DNA from: Euglena gracilis
Lineage: Eukaryota
Assembly: GCA_039621445.1 (NCBI GenBank)
Contig: CP154954.1
Coordinates: forward strand, 33,887,737-33,951,736
Length of the DNA stretch: 64,000 nt
Direction: 5' to 3'
Positions 34,601 to 48,174 of this stretch are shown in pieces. The first letter of the stretch is position 1, and each line of letters begins with the position of its first letter. The position numbers and the translations under genes are program-made. The notes beneath the pieces are model-generated. The model saw nothing but the letters and a program-made list of their open reading frames with translations, did not search any database and was not told the DNA's origin.

Positions 34601-37140
34601 CCCAAAATAACAAAATCCCTTGTGTTTCCCAGCCGTTTTGGGAGGCAAATCCCTTTTGTTGCTCAACTGTCCCAGGGCCCCAAAATAACAAAATCCCTTG
34701 TGTTACCCACAGTGTGTCACCCCAAGTCGACCTAACCCTATCCCTTTCATTAACAAAATAAACCCCCTTTATCCGCCAACCCCTTCTCGGGTGCAAGTCG
34801 ACCTAACCCTATCCCTTTCATTAACAAAATAAACCCCCTTTATCCGCCAACCCCTTTTCGGGTGCAAGTCGACCTAACCCTATCCCTTTCATTAACAAAA
34901 TAAACCCCTTTTATCTGCCAACCCCTTTTATCTGCCAACCCCTTCTCGGGTGCAAGTCGACCTAAATCCCTTGTGTTGCCCACCCGTTTTGGGGGGCAAA
35001 TCCCTTTTGTTGCCCAACTGTTCGAGGGCCCCAAAATAACAAAATCCCTTGTGTTACCCACCCGTTTTGGGGGGCAAATCCCTTCTGTTGCCCAACTGAT
35101 CTGGGGGGCAAATCCCTTTTGTTGCCCAACTGTTCCAGGGCCCCAAAATAACAAAATCCCTTGTGTTACCCACCCGTTTTGGGGGGCAAATCCCTTGTGT
35201 AACCCACCTGATTTAACCCACCTGATGTATGTAACGCAACTGATTTGGGGGGCAAATCCCTTTTGCCCAGCTTAGGGTTGGGTTGCAGGGGGGGGGGAGG
35301 GGGTGGGGGGGGCCGACCCTAAGTCGACCCTGGGGTTGTAGGGGGGGGGGGAGGGGGGGTAGATCTGGCCTGGGGGGGGGGGGGGTTGTGGGCCGACCCT
35401 AGGGTCGGCCCACGGTCGCCAAAGGTCGCCAAAGGTCGCCCAAGGAGCCGTCCGGGAGACCCCCCTAGTGGGCCGACCCTAGGGTCGCCGACCCCAGGGT
35501 CGACTTAGGGTCGTGGGCCGACCCCAGGGTCGGCCCACCCCACGACCTCCTCGAACGGTTGGGCAACAAAAGGGATTTGCCCCCCAGATCAGTTGGGAAA
35601 CAAAAGGGATTTGCCTCCCAAAACGGGTGGGCAACACAAGGGATTTTTTTTATTTTGGGGCCCTCGAACAGTTGGGCAACAAAAGGAATTTGCCCCCCAA
35701 AACGGCTGGGTTACACAAGGGATTTGCCTCCCAAAACGGGTGGGTAACACAAGGGATTTTGTTATTTTGGGGCCCTCGAACAGTTGGGCCAGAAAAGGGA
35801 TTTGCCCCCCAAAACGGGTGTGCAACACAAGGGATTTTGTTATTTTGGGGCCCTCGAACAGTTAGGCAACAAAAGGGATTTGCCCCCCAGATCAGTTGGG
35901 AAACAAAAGGGATTTGCCCCCCAAAACGGGTGGGTAACACAAGGGATTTTGTTATTTTGGGGCCCTCGAACAGTTGGGCAACAAAAGGGATTTGCCCCCC
36001 AAAACGGCTGGGTAACACAAGGGATTTTTTTTATTTTGGGGCCCTGGGACAGTTGGGCAACAAAAGGGATTTGCCTCCCCAAAACGGCTGGGTAACACAA
36101 GGGATTTTTTTTATTTTGGGGCCCTCGAACAGTTGGGCAACAAAAGGGATTTGCCCCCCAGATCAGTTGGGAAACAAAAGGGATTTGCCCCCCAAAACGG
36201 GTGGGTAACACAAGGGATTTTGTTATTTTGCGGCCCTCGAACAGTTGGGCAACAAAAAGGATTTGCCCCCCAAAACGGGTGGGTAACACAAGGGATTTGC
36301 CTCCCAAAACGGGTGGTAACACAAGGGATTTTTGTTATTCTGGGGCCCTCGAACAGTTGGCCAACAAAAGGGATTTGTCCCCCAAAACGGGTGGGCAACA
36401 CAAGGAATTTTGTTATTTTGGGGCCCTCCAACAGTTGGGCAACAAAAGGGATTTGCCCCCCAAATCAGCTGGGTTACAGAAAGGATTTGTCCCCTGAAAA
36501 CGGTCCGAAAATTTCATTTTTTTTCTTTGGAGGGGGGGGGAGGTCGTGGGGTGGGCCGACCCTAAGTCGACCCAGGGGGGGGGGGGGGAGTTCGGGGGGT
36601 GGGCCGACCCTAAGTCGACCCTAGGGTTGTAGGGGGGGGGGAGGTCGTGGGGTGGGCCGACCCTAAGTCGACCCTAGGGTCGGCCCACAAAGGGTTTCTA
36701 GGGTCGCCACCCACTCCACAGCCTCGGGGGGGGTCGACCATAGCGACCTTTGGCGACCTTTGGCGACCGTGGGCCGACCCTAGGGTCGGCCCACAACCCC
36801 CCCCCCCCAGGCCAGATCCTGGACCGGGGGCGGGGGAGGTCGTGGGGTGGGCCGACCCTAAGTCGACCCTAGGGTTGTAGGGGGGGGGGAGGTCGTGGGG
36901 TGGGCCGACCCTGGGGTCGGCCCACGACCCTAAGTCGACCCTGGGGTCGGCGACCCTAGGGTCGGCCCACTAGGGGGGTCTCCCGGACGGCTCCTTGGGC
37001 GACCTTTGGCGACCTTTGGCGACCGTGGGCCAACCCTAGGGTCGGCCCACAACCCCCCCCCCCCCAGGCCAGATCTACCCCCCAGTACGTTAGTATTAGT
37101 ACTAACGTACTAGTACGTTAGTACTAGTCGGCCGACTACC
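31608..37140. repeat. Palindromic satellite block (composite ~80-110-bp units in two opposed arrays with GC-rich palindromic caps)
   Basis: gggggcaaatcccttttgttgcccaactgttcgagggccccaaaataacaaaatcccttgtgttacccacccgtttt repeated ~31950-35270; reverse-complement array ~35550-36480; gggccgaccctagggtcggccc caps. Confidence 0.9.
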
Positions 37141-37285
37141 CCCCCCCCCCAGTCTACCGCCGGATTGGGACCCGGGGGGGGGGGGGTTCGGCTCAGACCC
37201 GCAGCTGTAAAACTCCAAATTTTGTACGAAAAATGTTGCAACAATCTGATGATTCTGGATGATTGATTTTCCATCCGTTTTGCAG

Positions 37286-40200
37286 GTGTCTGGGCTGGAG
37301 TATTGGAGGCAGTACCTTGCTGAGCCACGGGCTGTGGCCAAGCTGCCCACAGACCTTCCAAGGCCAGACAAATTGCGTTCAAGCTTTTGTGTTCCCATCG
37401 TGATTTTCAAAAATGAGGCATGCGTGCGGTTTAGGGAAGTTCCAAATGTGGGTCCACTGAAACAGTGTTTCAATGGGTTTGCTGGAAGCCAAAGGCTTGC
37501 CCCAGCAGTCATCAAGGTTTGTGGAGGCCAAGCTGCCCTCCGGCTGCCTCCCCGATGAAGCCCACCTGGCCTCCCTCTTCGCCCTCCACGTCCACCGGCT
37601 GTCGGCGGAGGACGACGTCATCGTTGGGGCTGCCCTGCCCAGCGTGGGCCCGGCGGTGCTGCCCCTCCGCCTGGACTTCAGCAGCAGTTCCCCGGCGGCG
37701 GCGCGGACGTTCGCGACGGTGGCGGCGGCGGCCAAGGCGCACCTGGAGGTGGCGAAGGACGCGGTGCTGCCCCTGGGCAGGGCTGGGTGGGACCGGCGGT
37801 GCTCGTCATTCTCACATTCCTCCACCCAGCACTGCCGCCGAATGACATCGAGGCTGCGGCAGGAGTGAGCCAGGGACACGCAAGTGCCAGCCAACTCCAA
37901 ACAACCAAATGATGGTTGGTTGGTCCCAACATCCTTGCCTGGGGGGCAAGCAGCACCCAGAACAAAGTTGACCATTTTCCCTGTTAGAAAAACAGGGAGA
38001 GGGCGTTCAGGAGCATTTTTGTAAGGCGTAATTTTTCAATTTTTTTTCTTGCATTTTTAAATTTTCAGGCGTCTATTTTTCTGAGGGAATTCAAGCCACG
38101 CCTGTGCTTAGTCGGGTGCCTACCTCACGGGGGGGGTGCTAGGGGCAGGCACCCTATACCACCCATCCGACCCCCCCGGGGGGGGGGGTTGGGTTTTGGG
38201 GGGTGCCTGCCCATAGCAGGCACCCCCTCTGACCGGGGGCCCGGAAAAGGCCCTTTTCAATGAAAATTTTCTGGGTCCCCCCCGTTCCCCTACCCGGGGG
38301 GGGGTGTGCCTGCTAGGGCAGGCCCTATAGCACCCACCCACCAGGCATTATTTTTTTGGCGAAATTTCTCAATTTTTAAGGCGTTTTTTAAGGTTTTTTG
38401 AGGATTTAAAAAAATTTAAGGTTTTTTAAGGCAGCTAAAATGTCAGAGTTCTGGGTCGGCAATGTTACGTGGTTGCCAGAAATTGTATTTCTTGTGTTCT
38501 CAGGCATTTTTGATTCCCCCATTTCGTAAAATTTGCGCATTTGCGCAAATGCGCCCATTTCAAAGAAAAAACCCTTAAGCGCGAATCCGGCCGCCTAAGT
38601 AAAATTAAGTGCCAATCCTCCCCGAATCCGGTGGCAGTTGCCTGGAAAAACCTCGCGGGCGTGGCGGGACCGAAAACTCTAAAAGTGGGACCTGGGTCAC
38701 TCCATACGACCCCCCCCCCCCCGGCACTCTTGATGACCCGCTGCTGCAGCCCCATCAGCCGCTGATGTTTCAGCACCCACCAGGCTGGCATCCACCTCCC
38801 CGGTGCAACAGCACCCACCGAAGCGGCCATGTTATTCCATGCAATTGGGGCGTGAGACTGGGGGGGCGACCTGGTGCCAGCTCATGGCAACCAACAGCCG
38901 AAGAGAGATAGCCCTCAAACACCCGTTACTTTGGGTGCAAGGAAGTGGTGAACCATTACCACTCGATTGGTTGCATCAAAGCTGTGGAACTCACTCCCCA
39001 CAAATTCAATTCATTACGCTTATCTGCCAAACGGATGAGGCCAAAACAACAGGCCTTGTGTGCCGGGGAACAGCAGTACAAATGTACACACGTAAGGCAG
39101 GAAAATTTTGGCCAGTCACGCCACGTTCAACTGCACATTACACACTACCTCTCTAATGCCAGAAACCTTGGCAAACAATCTGGTTTTCATATTGTTTGTT
39201 CACAACCGCTTCTGCATTGACTGGCTTTATGCGGGGTTTCAGACATGCCATTATTTGTTTGCTGCAAGAAAATTTTTCTCAGGGAGAATTTTTAAGTCAT
39301 CAAAGGGAAGAAAAACTTCCCCAGGGTGATTTTTTTAAGGTTTTTTAAGGTTTTTTAAGGCTTTTTAAGGCATTTTGGCAAAAAATATTTTAAGGCTTTT
39401 TAAGGTTTTTTAAGGTTTTTTAAGGCGCCTTAAAAAATAATAATGCCTGCCACCCACCCCCTCCCCCCCCCCGGTCGGTAAGCACAATCCTGATTCAAGC
39501 CCAAAATTAAGAAAAAAATGTTGAAACCCCCACTTTTTCGAGTTTGGGTCTGTGGATGATGTTCCAGCGATGCCAGTTCTTCCCCCGGAACTGGCTTATT
39601 CTTGCCGAGATTTTGCGACTTCATTTAATTTCGAAAATTTTCCCAGATTTAAAAAAAATTTAAGGAGTTTTAAGCCATTGACAAAACTTTAATTTGTGTT
39701 TTAAAAAGGGCTTTTCGGGCGCCTTAAAAAAGAACCCTGAGGTCCTGGCCACCTGGGGGGAACAGGTACGAGTGGACACCCGGAGGTTACCCCTTATATT
39801 TGGCACAAAACAACCGCAAAGTCCTGAAGAATTTTTGGGATCTCAAAATGGTTCCCTGTTCAACTTGCAATGCAAGGCTTGCAATTCCACCGATGAAATC
39901 TAGCTCTTTCCTTTGGAACAATCAAGCAATTGTGTGCCGAGGAAGCGCCACTCTTTACTGCAGTGTTTTCCTCAACGGGCAGTGGTTTAGACGCGGTGTG
40001 TTTTTTTTTTGCCATACGTTCATGGAGAAGCCCTGATGACCTGCCCCTCCGTGTGCATTCCTGCGGTTTATGAGAAGCTTTTCATCCATCCCAGGCCATA
40101 GGATCCGCCAAGCAATCCACGGTAAGTTATGGAGGTGAACAGTGACTCTCTGGTGTCTTATTTGGTCTCTTACTCCCCCAAGCTCAAAAATTCTGTTTTC

Positions 40201-43200
40201 CGTACATAGCATGCACATTAAGACCACAAAGACTGTGGGGGTTGAGTTGACCGCTCCATCCCTCACTTTGTTTGCCCAGTATGCGTTGGTCTCTAACCCC
40301 AAAGCCCCACATGGTTTAAAGTCGAGCCTTGCTCTGCGCTTCTCGAGTGATTTGATACAATCAGCGTGCTTCCTCTGTCCATTCTCTCGTTCATTGCAGG
40401 AGGGGCAGTCGCCATATGAGTTGCTGCTGCAAGTAGTGGGAGAGACCCTGTGCCTGCACTACCAGACCGCTTTGTTCACGGCCGAGTTTGTTGCAGACCT
40501 GCTGCAGCAATACCTCCTCCTCCTGGAGCAGTTCAGGCTTTTGCATTGGTTTTTTTAATGCAGATTTTCTTGCCGTTCTCCATTTGTTGAATTTGTGGTG
40601 GGGGAGCTTTTTTCCACCACCATGTTGTTATTTCAGCGGTTTTTTGAGTTCTGCTCACAATTCCGAATTTTGAAAAAAAAATGCATCTCTTTGTCTGGCC
40701 ATTATTGGATTTTTGGCCCAAAAAACATATTTTATGCTTAAAATAAAACCAAACTCCCAAAATCATGGAAAAAGGTGTTTGCATTTCTCCTCTCCTCGTA
40801 TCGCCCCTGCAGATCTCATTCCCAATGCCAAATCTGAATTCTGGCCTCTAATGAGGAAAATTTGCAATCCACGCACCCTCTTTCTGTCTAACCCCCCCCA
40901 CCCACCCTTGTTCATGCCGCATTTGGAATTGATGAGCAGATGAGCTTGGTTATGACAGAAAGCCTTAAAAAATTGAGGACAATGAAAAAAAAATTTGTGT
41001 TTTTGTATTTTGTGTGTGTGTGTGTGTGTGTGTGTGCCAGAAACGGTGGGAATGACAGCAGCAGACAGGACGTGAACCAAATGTGCATCATGCTGGTGAG
41101 ACAGGGTGCACGATTCTCAGCTCTGGCCTGGCATTGACCAGTGCAAACCCCGAGCAGGGGATTTACAGTTACTCCGTCATCACCGCGCAGGCGAAGCAAG
41201 TGCTGCCTGATGCCACCGCCCCTCAGGACACAGAGTTCCCCGGGCCAATCCCACACTGCTTTCATGCGAATGCAGAGAAGCATCCACAGGTCCGTCAGCA
41301 CTGGTGGTGTGTAGGGCCTCAGAAAATTGATGCAATTTCTTGTTGATATGTCGGTAATTGATAACATTCAGAACTAGACACAATTTCAGTTCTGTTCCCG
41401 ACGTTGTGGGGTGCATGATGTTTGGCAAGGAGGTGGTGGCCTCGAGGCAGCTACAGTGGGTTCCCTCGACCACTTCCAGCCCGCCAGTCTGGAAAAAAAA
41501 AGTGCACCACTCCGGAAACACAACCAGCGGCCCCTGACCTGTCTTCGTGGCTGCGTCACCTCGGGCAAATGCTCTCAAGTCCAAACCGTTTCTCAAAATT
41601 GCATGTGACCCCCCCCATTAACACCGACGAGTTGGTGTATCATTTTCACATTTTTGAGATCCTGGGGGGGGTCAGAATAAGTGGGTTAAGGTGCTTGACA
41701 TGGGGGGCCAGGGACGAAGCGATGTGCATTCATGCTCTCCAATGTTTCACATCACCCCCAATAAACAACAGTCAATCTGTTCATATTTTGGCAAAAAGTG
41801 GATGCTGGGGTAAGCCTGAATGCTCTTTTTTGTTTATTGCGACTTTTGTGCTTTGTTGTGGTTTCCCTTAGTGGTCCCGGATGCAAGCGAGGGGGTAGGT
41901 ATAGATATAAATGGGGGGGGGGTCGGTACAAATGGATTTCTTCTGATTTTTCCGGGGGGGGGGGGTCGGTATAAATGGGGGGGGTTAACAATGGCAGCCT
42001 CATGCCCTTACGGTGCTCTCCACAGCGCATCGCCATCTCCTACCAAGGCTTGTCGGTGACATATGAGGAGTTGGACCATACAACTGCTTAAATCTGGGCC
42101 AGCTGTGTTGAATTTTTAAGAAAAGGTCTTAAATGGTGGAAAATTGGGGTTGAGGGATTTTTTAATGGGTACTTTTAGTGCTCCCCCTATCCGGGGAGAT
42201 ATCCGGGGAGATTCCGGTATGGAATAAACTGGAATTAACCGGAATGAATTAGAGTACATTGGAATAGGAACATGCGGGATTCGCCAGAATAAAGTTTTCA
42301 GCGCAACGTATGGAAATTTTAAAAAAGAAATGGAAGCCAAGGTGAATCTGCGGCTTTTTTGGACCACTGGAATTTCTTTTCATATTTTCTCTTGATTTAT
42401 GCATAATTTTGGCAATTTCGGCCAGTTTTTGCCTTTTTTGAATTTTCTTTTTCTTCAGTTCTGTTGGGGGAAAAATTCGAACTTATAAACTCTGCATTAG
42501 GACCTCGTTTCTTCCTGACACCAAAGTTTTCGTCAAAATTTGACATTTTTTTTCCTTCAATTTTTGGTCAACAAATTCCATGTTTTTGGAATTGGTATGT
42601 TCCCAAAATCACAAAATGCGATTCAAAATTTAAACATCCACCAATGTTGCAAAATCAAAAAGAATCCCCAAGGAGTTGAAAATTCTCTAAGTCCTGTCAA
42701 GCAGAAATCTACCAGAATAACTGGAAAGATCCCAAATTTTGTGGAATAAAGCCCCTATCCGAATTAAAATTTTTTTTGGAAACTGGAATCTCCCTCCCCC
42801 TGCCTGTGGGTGGTGGGCGGGTGGGATCGACCACCCCCAACCACATCCCCACCTCCAAACCCCCATCTAAACACCCGCCCGTGGCAATGGAGTTTTGGCT
42901 GAAGGGTTTGGGAACAGTGGGGTGTCTTCACTCTGACACCCCCCCCCCCCCCAATACCAGGTCCATTTCCGGGGACACCGATTTTCCAGTAAATTTGACC
43001 GACCCCCCTCCCCACCTCCCAGGTGGGGGGGGTCAACCCCCACCAGTCCTTCAAGTACAGCATTGGCAGTTCCTGGTGGGGGGCTGGCTTGAAAAGAAGC
43101 CTGCCCAGCCAGGTTCGACATAAGCAGGGTGCCTGTGTTTCAAGGGATGGGGTGTCCCCACCCGCCCCGACCCTGCTTTTTTTGACAATTCCGGATCACC

Positions 43201-46200
43201 CCCCCCCCGGTCGTATGGACCAGCACCAGGGTTTTTCACAAAAAAAGTGCTGGTGACCCAATACAGGGGGGGGGAATGCGTTTCGCATTTTTTTCGCATT
43301 TTTTGCGCATTTTTTCAAATTTTCCAAAAATGCGCATTTTTGCGCATTTTTGCGCATTTTTTGCGCATTTTTTCGTTTTTTTCAGCGCATTTTTTTGCTT
43401 TTTGGCACATTTTTTCGTGATTTTCCAAAATTTTCGCATTTTTTGACCATTTTTGCAATTTTTTGCAAAAATTTGAAATTTTCGACTTTTTTTTGATACT
43501 TACATTTTTTCCTCATTATTCTACATAATTTCTTCAAATTTGGTGCCATTTTTGCATGTTTTTGGGTAATTTTTGCATTTTCGTGATTTTTGCGCATTTT
43601 TCCTCGATTTTGCACATTTTTTGCGCATTTTTTTTCCAAAAATGCGCATTTTTTGCGCATTTTTTTGCGCATTTTTGCACATTTTTTTCCGAGGCCGGGC
43701 GAGCGCATTTCCCTCCCCCCTGCCCAATACTCAATGCGTGATTTTGCATGCTTTCTTTTCAGAGACAAAATTCCGGTTTGACAGAAACCAGAAAATTTGT
43801 ACCTATTTTGCTGCAATTATATGTCATTTCTCAGAACATATGAATGATCTCGGATGTGTGAATCAGAAAAATAACAGCAGATCGCCAGCATGGTGATAAT
43901 TCTCAAGAATGTCATTTTCAGAGTGCAATGCATCTTCTCTAGACTGAGAGCCCTCCCAAAAAATAAGCCCCCTGGTTTATTTGGAATTTGGGGTTTTTAT
44001 TTGGTGATTTGACATCGTACATTGGAGGCAGTCTATTATTTTAAGTTGGGAGGTTATGATTGGAGAAAAAACCTCGAGCATGAAAGTTAGTGAAAAGGCA
44101 TTTTTTCGTTTCATTGGTTGTTTTTTTTTGTTGTGATTTTCGTGTTTGTCATACATGCATACTTTCCATTGCATGTGAGTAAACTTTGTCAATTTCTGTG
44201 ATTTTCGGATGTATCTGCAGATTTTTATTATTGGATTGTGGGAAGGCAGGAATATTTTTTTGGATAATCCAAAATCTTGAAAATTTGTGTTTTTTTGGCA
44301 TAATTTGTATTTCTTGCAATAATTTGTGAAAATTTATAATTTTTGCATTTTTTGCACATTTTGCCTTTCCGATTTGGGGGGGAGGTAAGTAAAAGCGTGT
44401 GATTGAGGCACATTGAGCACGTGCTCATCATCATCATTTATTGTGGTTCAAATAAGACAAACAAATACAAATAGTTTGACCCCAAAAAATACCCCAAATG
44501 GCATTTTGGCGAATTTCTGAGGGCTTTTTTTCTAGCCCGGCGCTGTACACCGGACGAAAATTAACCACATTGGCCACGTCCTCCTCCTTGACTGGCCACC
44601 CCCCCATAAATAAAAGCAACCGCCCTCTACAAACATCCCCCAAATATAAGCAACCCTTTGGCCGATTTTCGCCAACACCCAAATATGAGCAACCACCAGA
44701 ATACAAGCAACCCCTGACTGGACGATATGAAAGGAATTTTCATCACACCTGACATCACAATTTTGGGATTTCCTGCCAAAATTGTTGACCACGTTCCCCA
44801 TAATTTTGGCCTTTTGCCAAAATCTTTGAGACTGGTGGGAATTTTTTTGAGATTCCGTTGCGGAGACTTTCGTACTTACTTTCAGAATTATTGGGACGTT
44901 TTGCAAAAGCTCTCTGAATCTAACAAATCAAGAGATGTGCCATCTCTGAACAAACCGGTGCAACCCCCCCCCCCCTCATTTAAACCGACCCGTCGGTTTA
45001 GGACTTTTGGGTTGGCGGAAATCCTGGAGGGGGTCGGTTTAGACGGGGGGTCGGTTTCAGGGGGAGCACACGGCTGGCCGACGGCGTGACGGAAGCAGGT
45101 TGATGTTAGCAAGGCAATTTCAATGGGCAAAAGCCCAATTTGGTCGGCCAATTCCTAATTTTGAATGACAAATGCCTAATTTGGGATGCAAATTCTTAAT
45201 TTTCGGGGGCAAATGCTGAATTTTGGGTGTAATATCCAATTTTTGGTGGCAAACTGCTGAATTTTGGGTGCAAATTTCAAATTTAGATAGCAAATGCCTA
45301 TTTTTGTAATTTTTGGGTTCCAACACCAAATTTTCGGAGGAAAATGCCCAAGTTGAGGTGCAAACTCCAAAATTTGGAAGCAAATGCCTAATTTTGGGTG
45401 TAAAATCCTAATTTTGGGTCATCAATACTAATTATTCAATGAGCATGGACGCTCTTTCCATTGGTGGCTTCCATTATGTTGTGCATGTTTGTCATCCAAC
45501 TTGCCATGGGTCGGTTTATTTCTTTTTTTGGTTGAAATTCTGCAAGGGGTCGGTTTGGAAGGGTAGGTCGGTTTAGAAGGGGGGTCAGTTTAAATGGGGG
45601 GGGGTTCAACCCCACAGCTCTTCAGAGCACAGCTGTTGCAAATGAGATGATACCCGGTGGAAATGCACCATGAAAGTAACCCCCCCCATTTAAACCGACT
45701 CCCCTTCTAAACCGACCTACCCTTCCAAACCGACCCATTGCAGAATTTCAACCAAAAAAAGAAATAAACCGACCCATGGCAAGTTGGATGACAAACATGC
45801 ACAACATAATGGAAGCCGCAAACGGAAAGAGCGTTCATGCTCATTGAATAGTTAGTATTGATGACCCAAAATTAGGATTTTACACCCAAAATTAGGCATT
45901 TGCTTCCAAATTTTGGAGTTTGCACCTCAAATTGGGCATTTTCCTCCGAAAATTTGGTGTTGGAACCCAAAAATTACAAAAATAGGCATTTGCTATCTAA
46001 AATTTGAAGTTTGCACCCAAAATTAGGCAGTTTGCCACCAAAAATTGGATATTACACCCAAAATTCAGCATTTGCCCCCGAAAATTAAGAATTTGCATCC
46101 CAAATTAGGCATTTGTCACTCAAAGTTAGGAATTGGCCGACCAAATTGGGCATTTGCCCATTGAAATTGCCTTGCTAACATCAACTTCCCGCTTCCGTCA

Positions 46201-48174
46201 CGTCGTCGGCCAGCCGTGTGCTCCCCCTGAAACCGACCCCCCGTCTAAACCGACCCCCTCTAGGATTTCCGCCAACCCAAAAGTCCTAAACCGACGGGTC
46301 GGTTTAAATGGGGGGGGTTTACCCTCCCTCAAAGTGGCAAAAGTCTTGGTTTACCCCCTCAAAGGAGCCATTTGCCTTCGACACCAAAGTCCATGGTGGG
46401 ATGCATCATGACTTTTCTTCTTTGGCAAATTTTAAAAATTTTCAAATGGACGTTTTTTTTTTTTTAGGTTTGAAGGACACTTTACAGGGACACGTTGGTT
46501 ACAGGGACACTTTACAGGGACACTTTGGTTACAGGGACACTTTACAGTGACACGTTGGTTACAGGGACACTTTACAGGGACACTTTGGTGACACAAACAC
46601 TTTATAGGGACACTTTGGTTACAGGGACACTTTACAGGGACACTTTGGTTACAGGGACCCTTTACACGGACACTTTGGTGACACGGACACTTTACAGGGA
46701 CACTTTGGACAGGGACACATTTCTGAACCCTTTTTGCAGCCTTGCTGAAATTGGCCATCTTGTGCCGGGTGTTTTTTGGCTGATTTTTTTTTGCCAAGAA
46801 AGGGCATTTTAGGCAAGTGGGTACTGCATATTTTTCACTAGCTAGCCCTGCGAGCGCCCCCCGCCCCCCCCCCCCCCGGGACTCCGTCCTGTGTTTAAAA
46901 CCCATCCTCCAGTTTGTCCTTGGTCAGATAGCGACAACACCCTCTTGGTGCGTGTGCAGCATTCGACCCGGCGTAGCTGGTGTTTTTTTAAAAAAAGAAG
47001 ACGTTTTTTTTTAATTTAAAAAACCTTCGAAATTCCCCAGCAAATAAGTGGGGACATACTTGCCCAACAGGGTGATAAAAAATGATCAAAATTGGTGATT
47101 CTGTGCATTTTTCTTTGTTAATTTCACCAAAAATTGTGTGGTTTTGAAGCATTTTGGTCCATTTTGATGTCACCCTTGCGATCAAGGGAAATCTGGTCTC
47201 AATTATTGTTGTTTTGAACCTGATCCTCGCCCCGTCCAGGATTGGGTGCAGGTTACAGATTGGTTTCCCAAGTGCCCCCGCTCCAACGCGAAGCAGTTGC
47301 GGATGAGGGAGACCACCAGTCCTCCCAGCTGGCCAACCGGCTCCGCCAGGACGGCATCGCCCAGCACGACGTGATCGGCCTCTACGGCCACCGGTCCCCG
47401 GCGGTGGTGCTCTGCATCCTGGCGGTGCTGAAGGCCGTCCGGGGATCGCTGGAGGGCAGGGGGAAGGGGTCCGGCCGACCTCCGATTGCCTCCGCCCCCA
47501 ACCCAAGTAATTGCCGTGAGAACGTTTGCCTTGCCCAAAAGTGCCCAAAAATGCAAGGCATTTTGAATGGTGGGGTGTGACACAAGAGGCAGCCCTCCTC
47601 TTAGATTTTCAACAACAAAAGAAGCCTTGGGCAGAGACGCTGCAAGTCTGGCTTTGTGGGGGGGCAGCCACTGCCAGCCATTCCTGATGCCGGGGCGGCG
47701 TATTCAATGATGGACCCGGCATACCCCTCCGACCGCATCATGCTGTGCATGCAGATCGCTCAGCCCAAGGGATGGCTGCAGATTGCAGCTGCAGGGGCAC
47801 CACCGGAGGACCTGCGCAACTTCCTCCAAGGTATCCCCTTTGCAGCCCAAAGCTCTTTGTGGGTGGCCATGGTTCGAAATCCGGGTTTCATTTTCTTTTC
47901 AGAGAATTGAACACGATACGCTCAAAGGAAAATAAGGGAGCAGACGCTGCAATACATTGGGTGTTTTTTCCGCCAGAGTTTGCTTTAGAGGGGAACTCCT
48001 GCTTTCCCCCCAGGGCTGCAGCTGAAGGCGTGGCACAGCATCGACGAGCCGAACTCCGCCGGGCTGGCGCAGTTGCTGCAGGGGGTCCCCACCACCTTGC
48101 CTGCAGTGACCATCGCCCCGCTGGACACCGCCATGGTGGCATTCACCTCTGGGTCCACTGGCATCCCCAAGGCG

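Noticed and set aside
31926-36624. Many ORFs in the satellite
   Set aside because: These are translations of tandem repeats in all frames.
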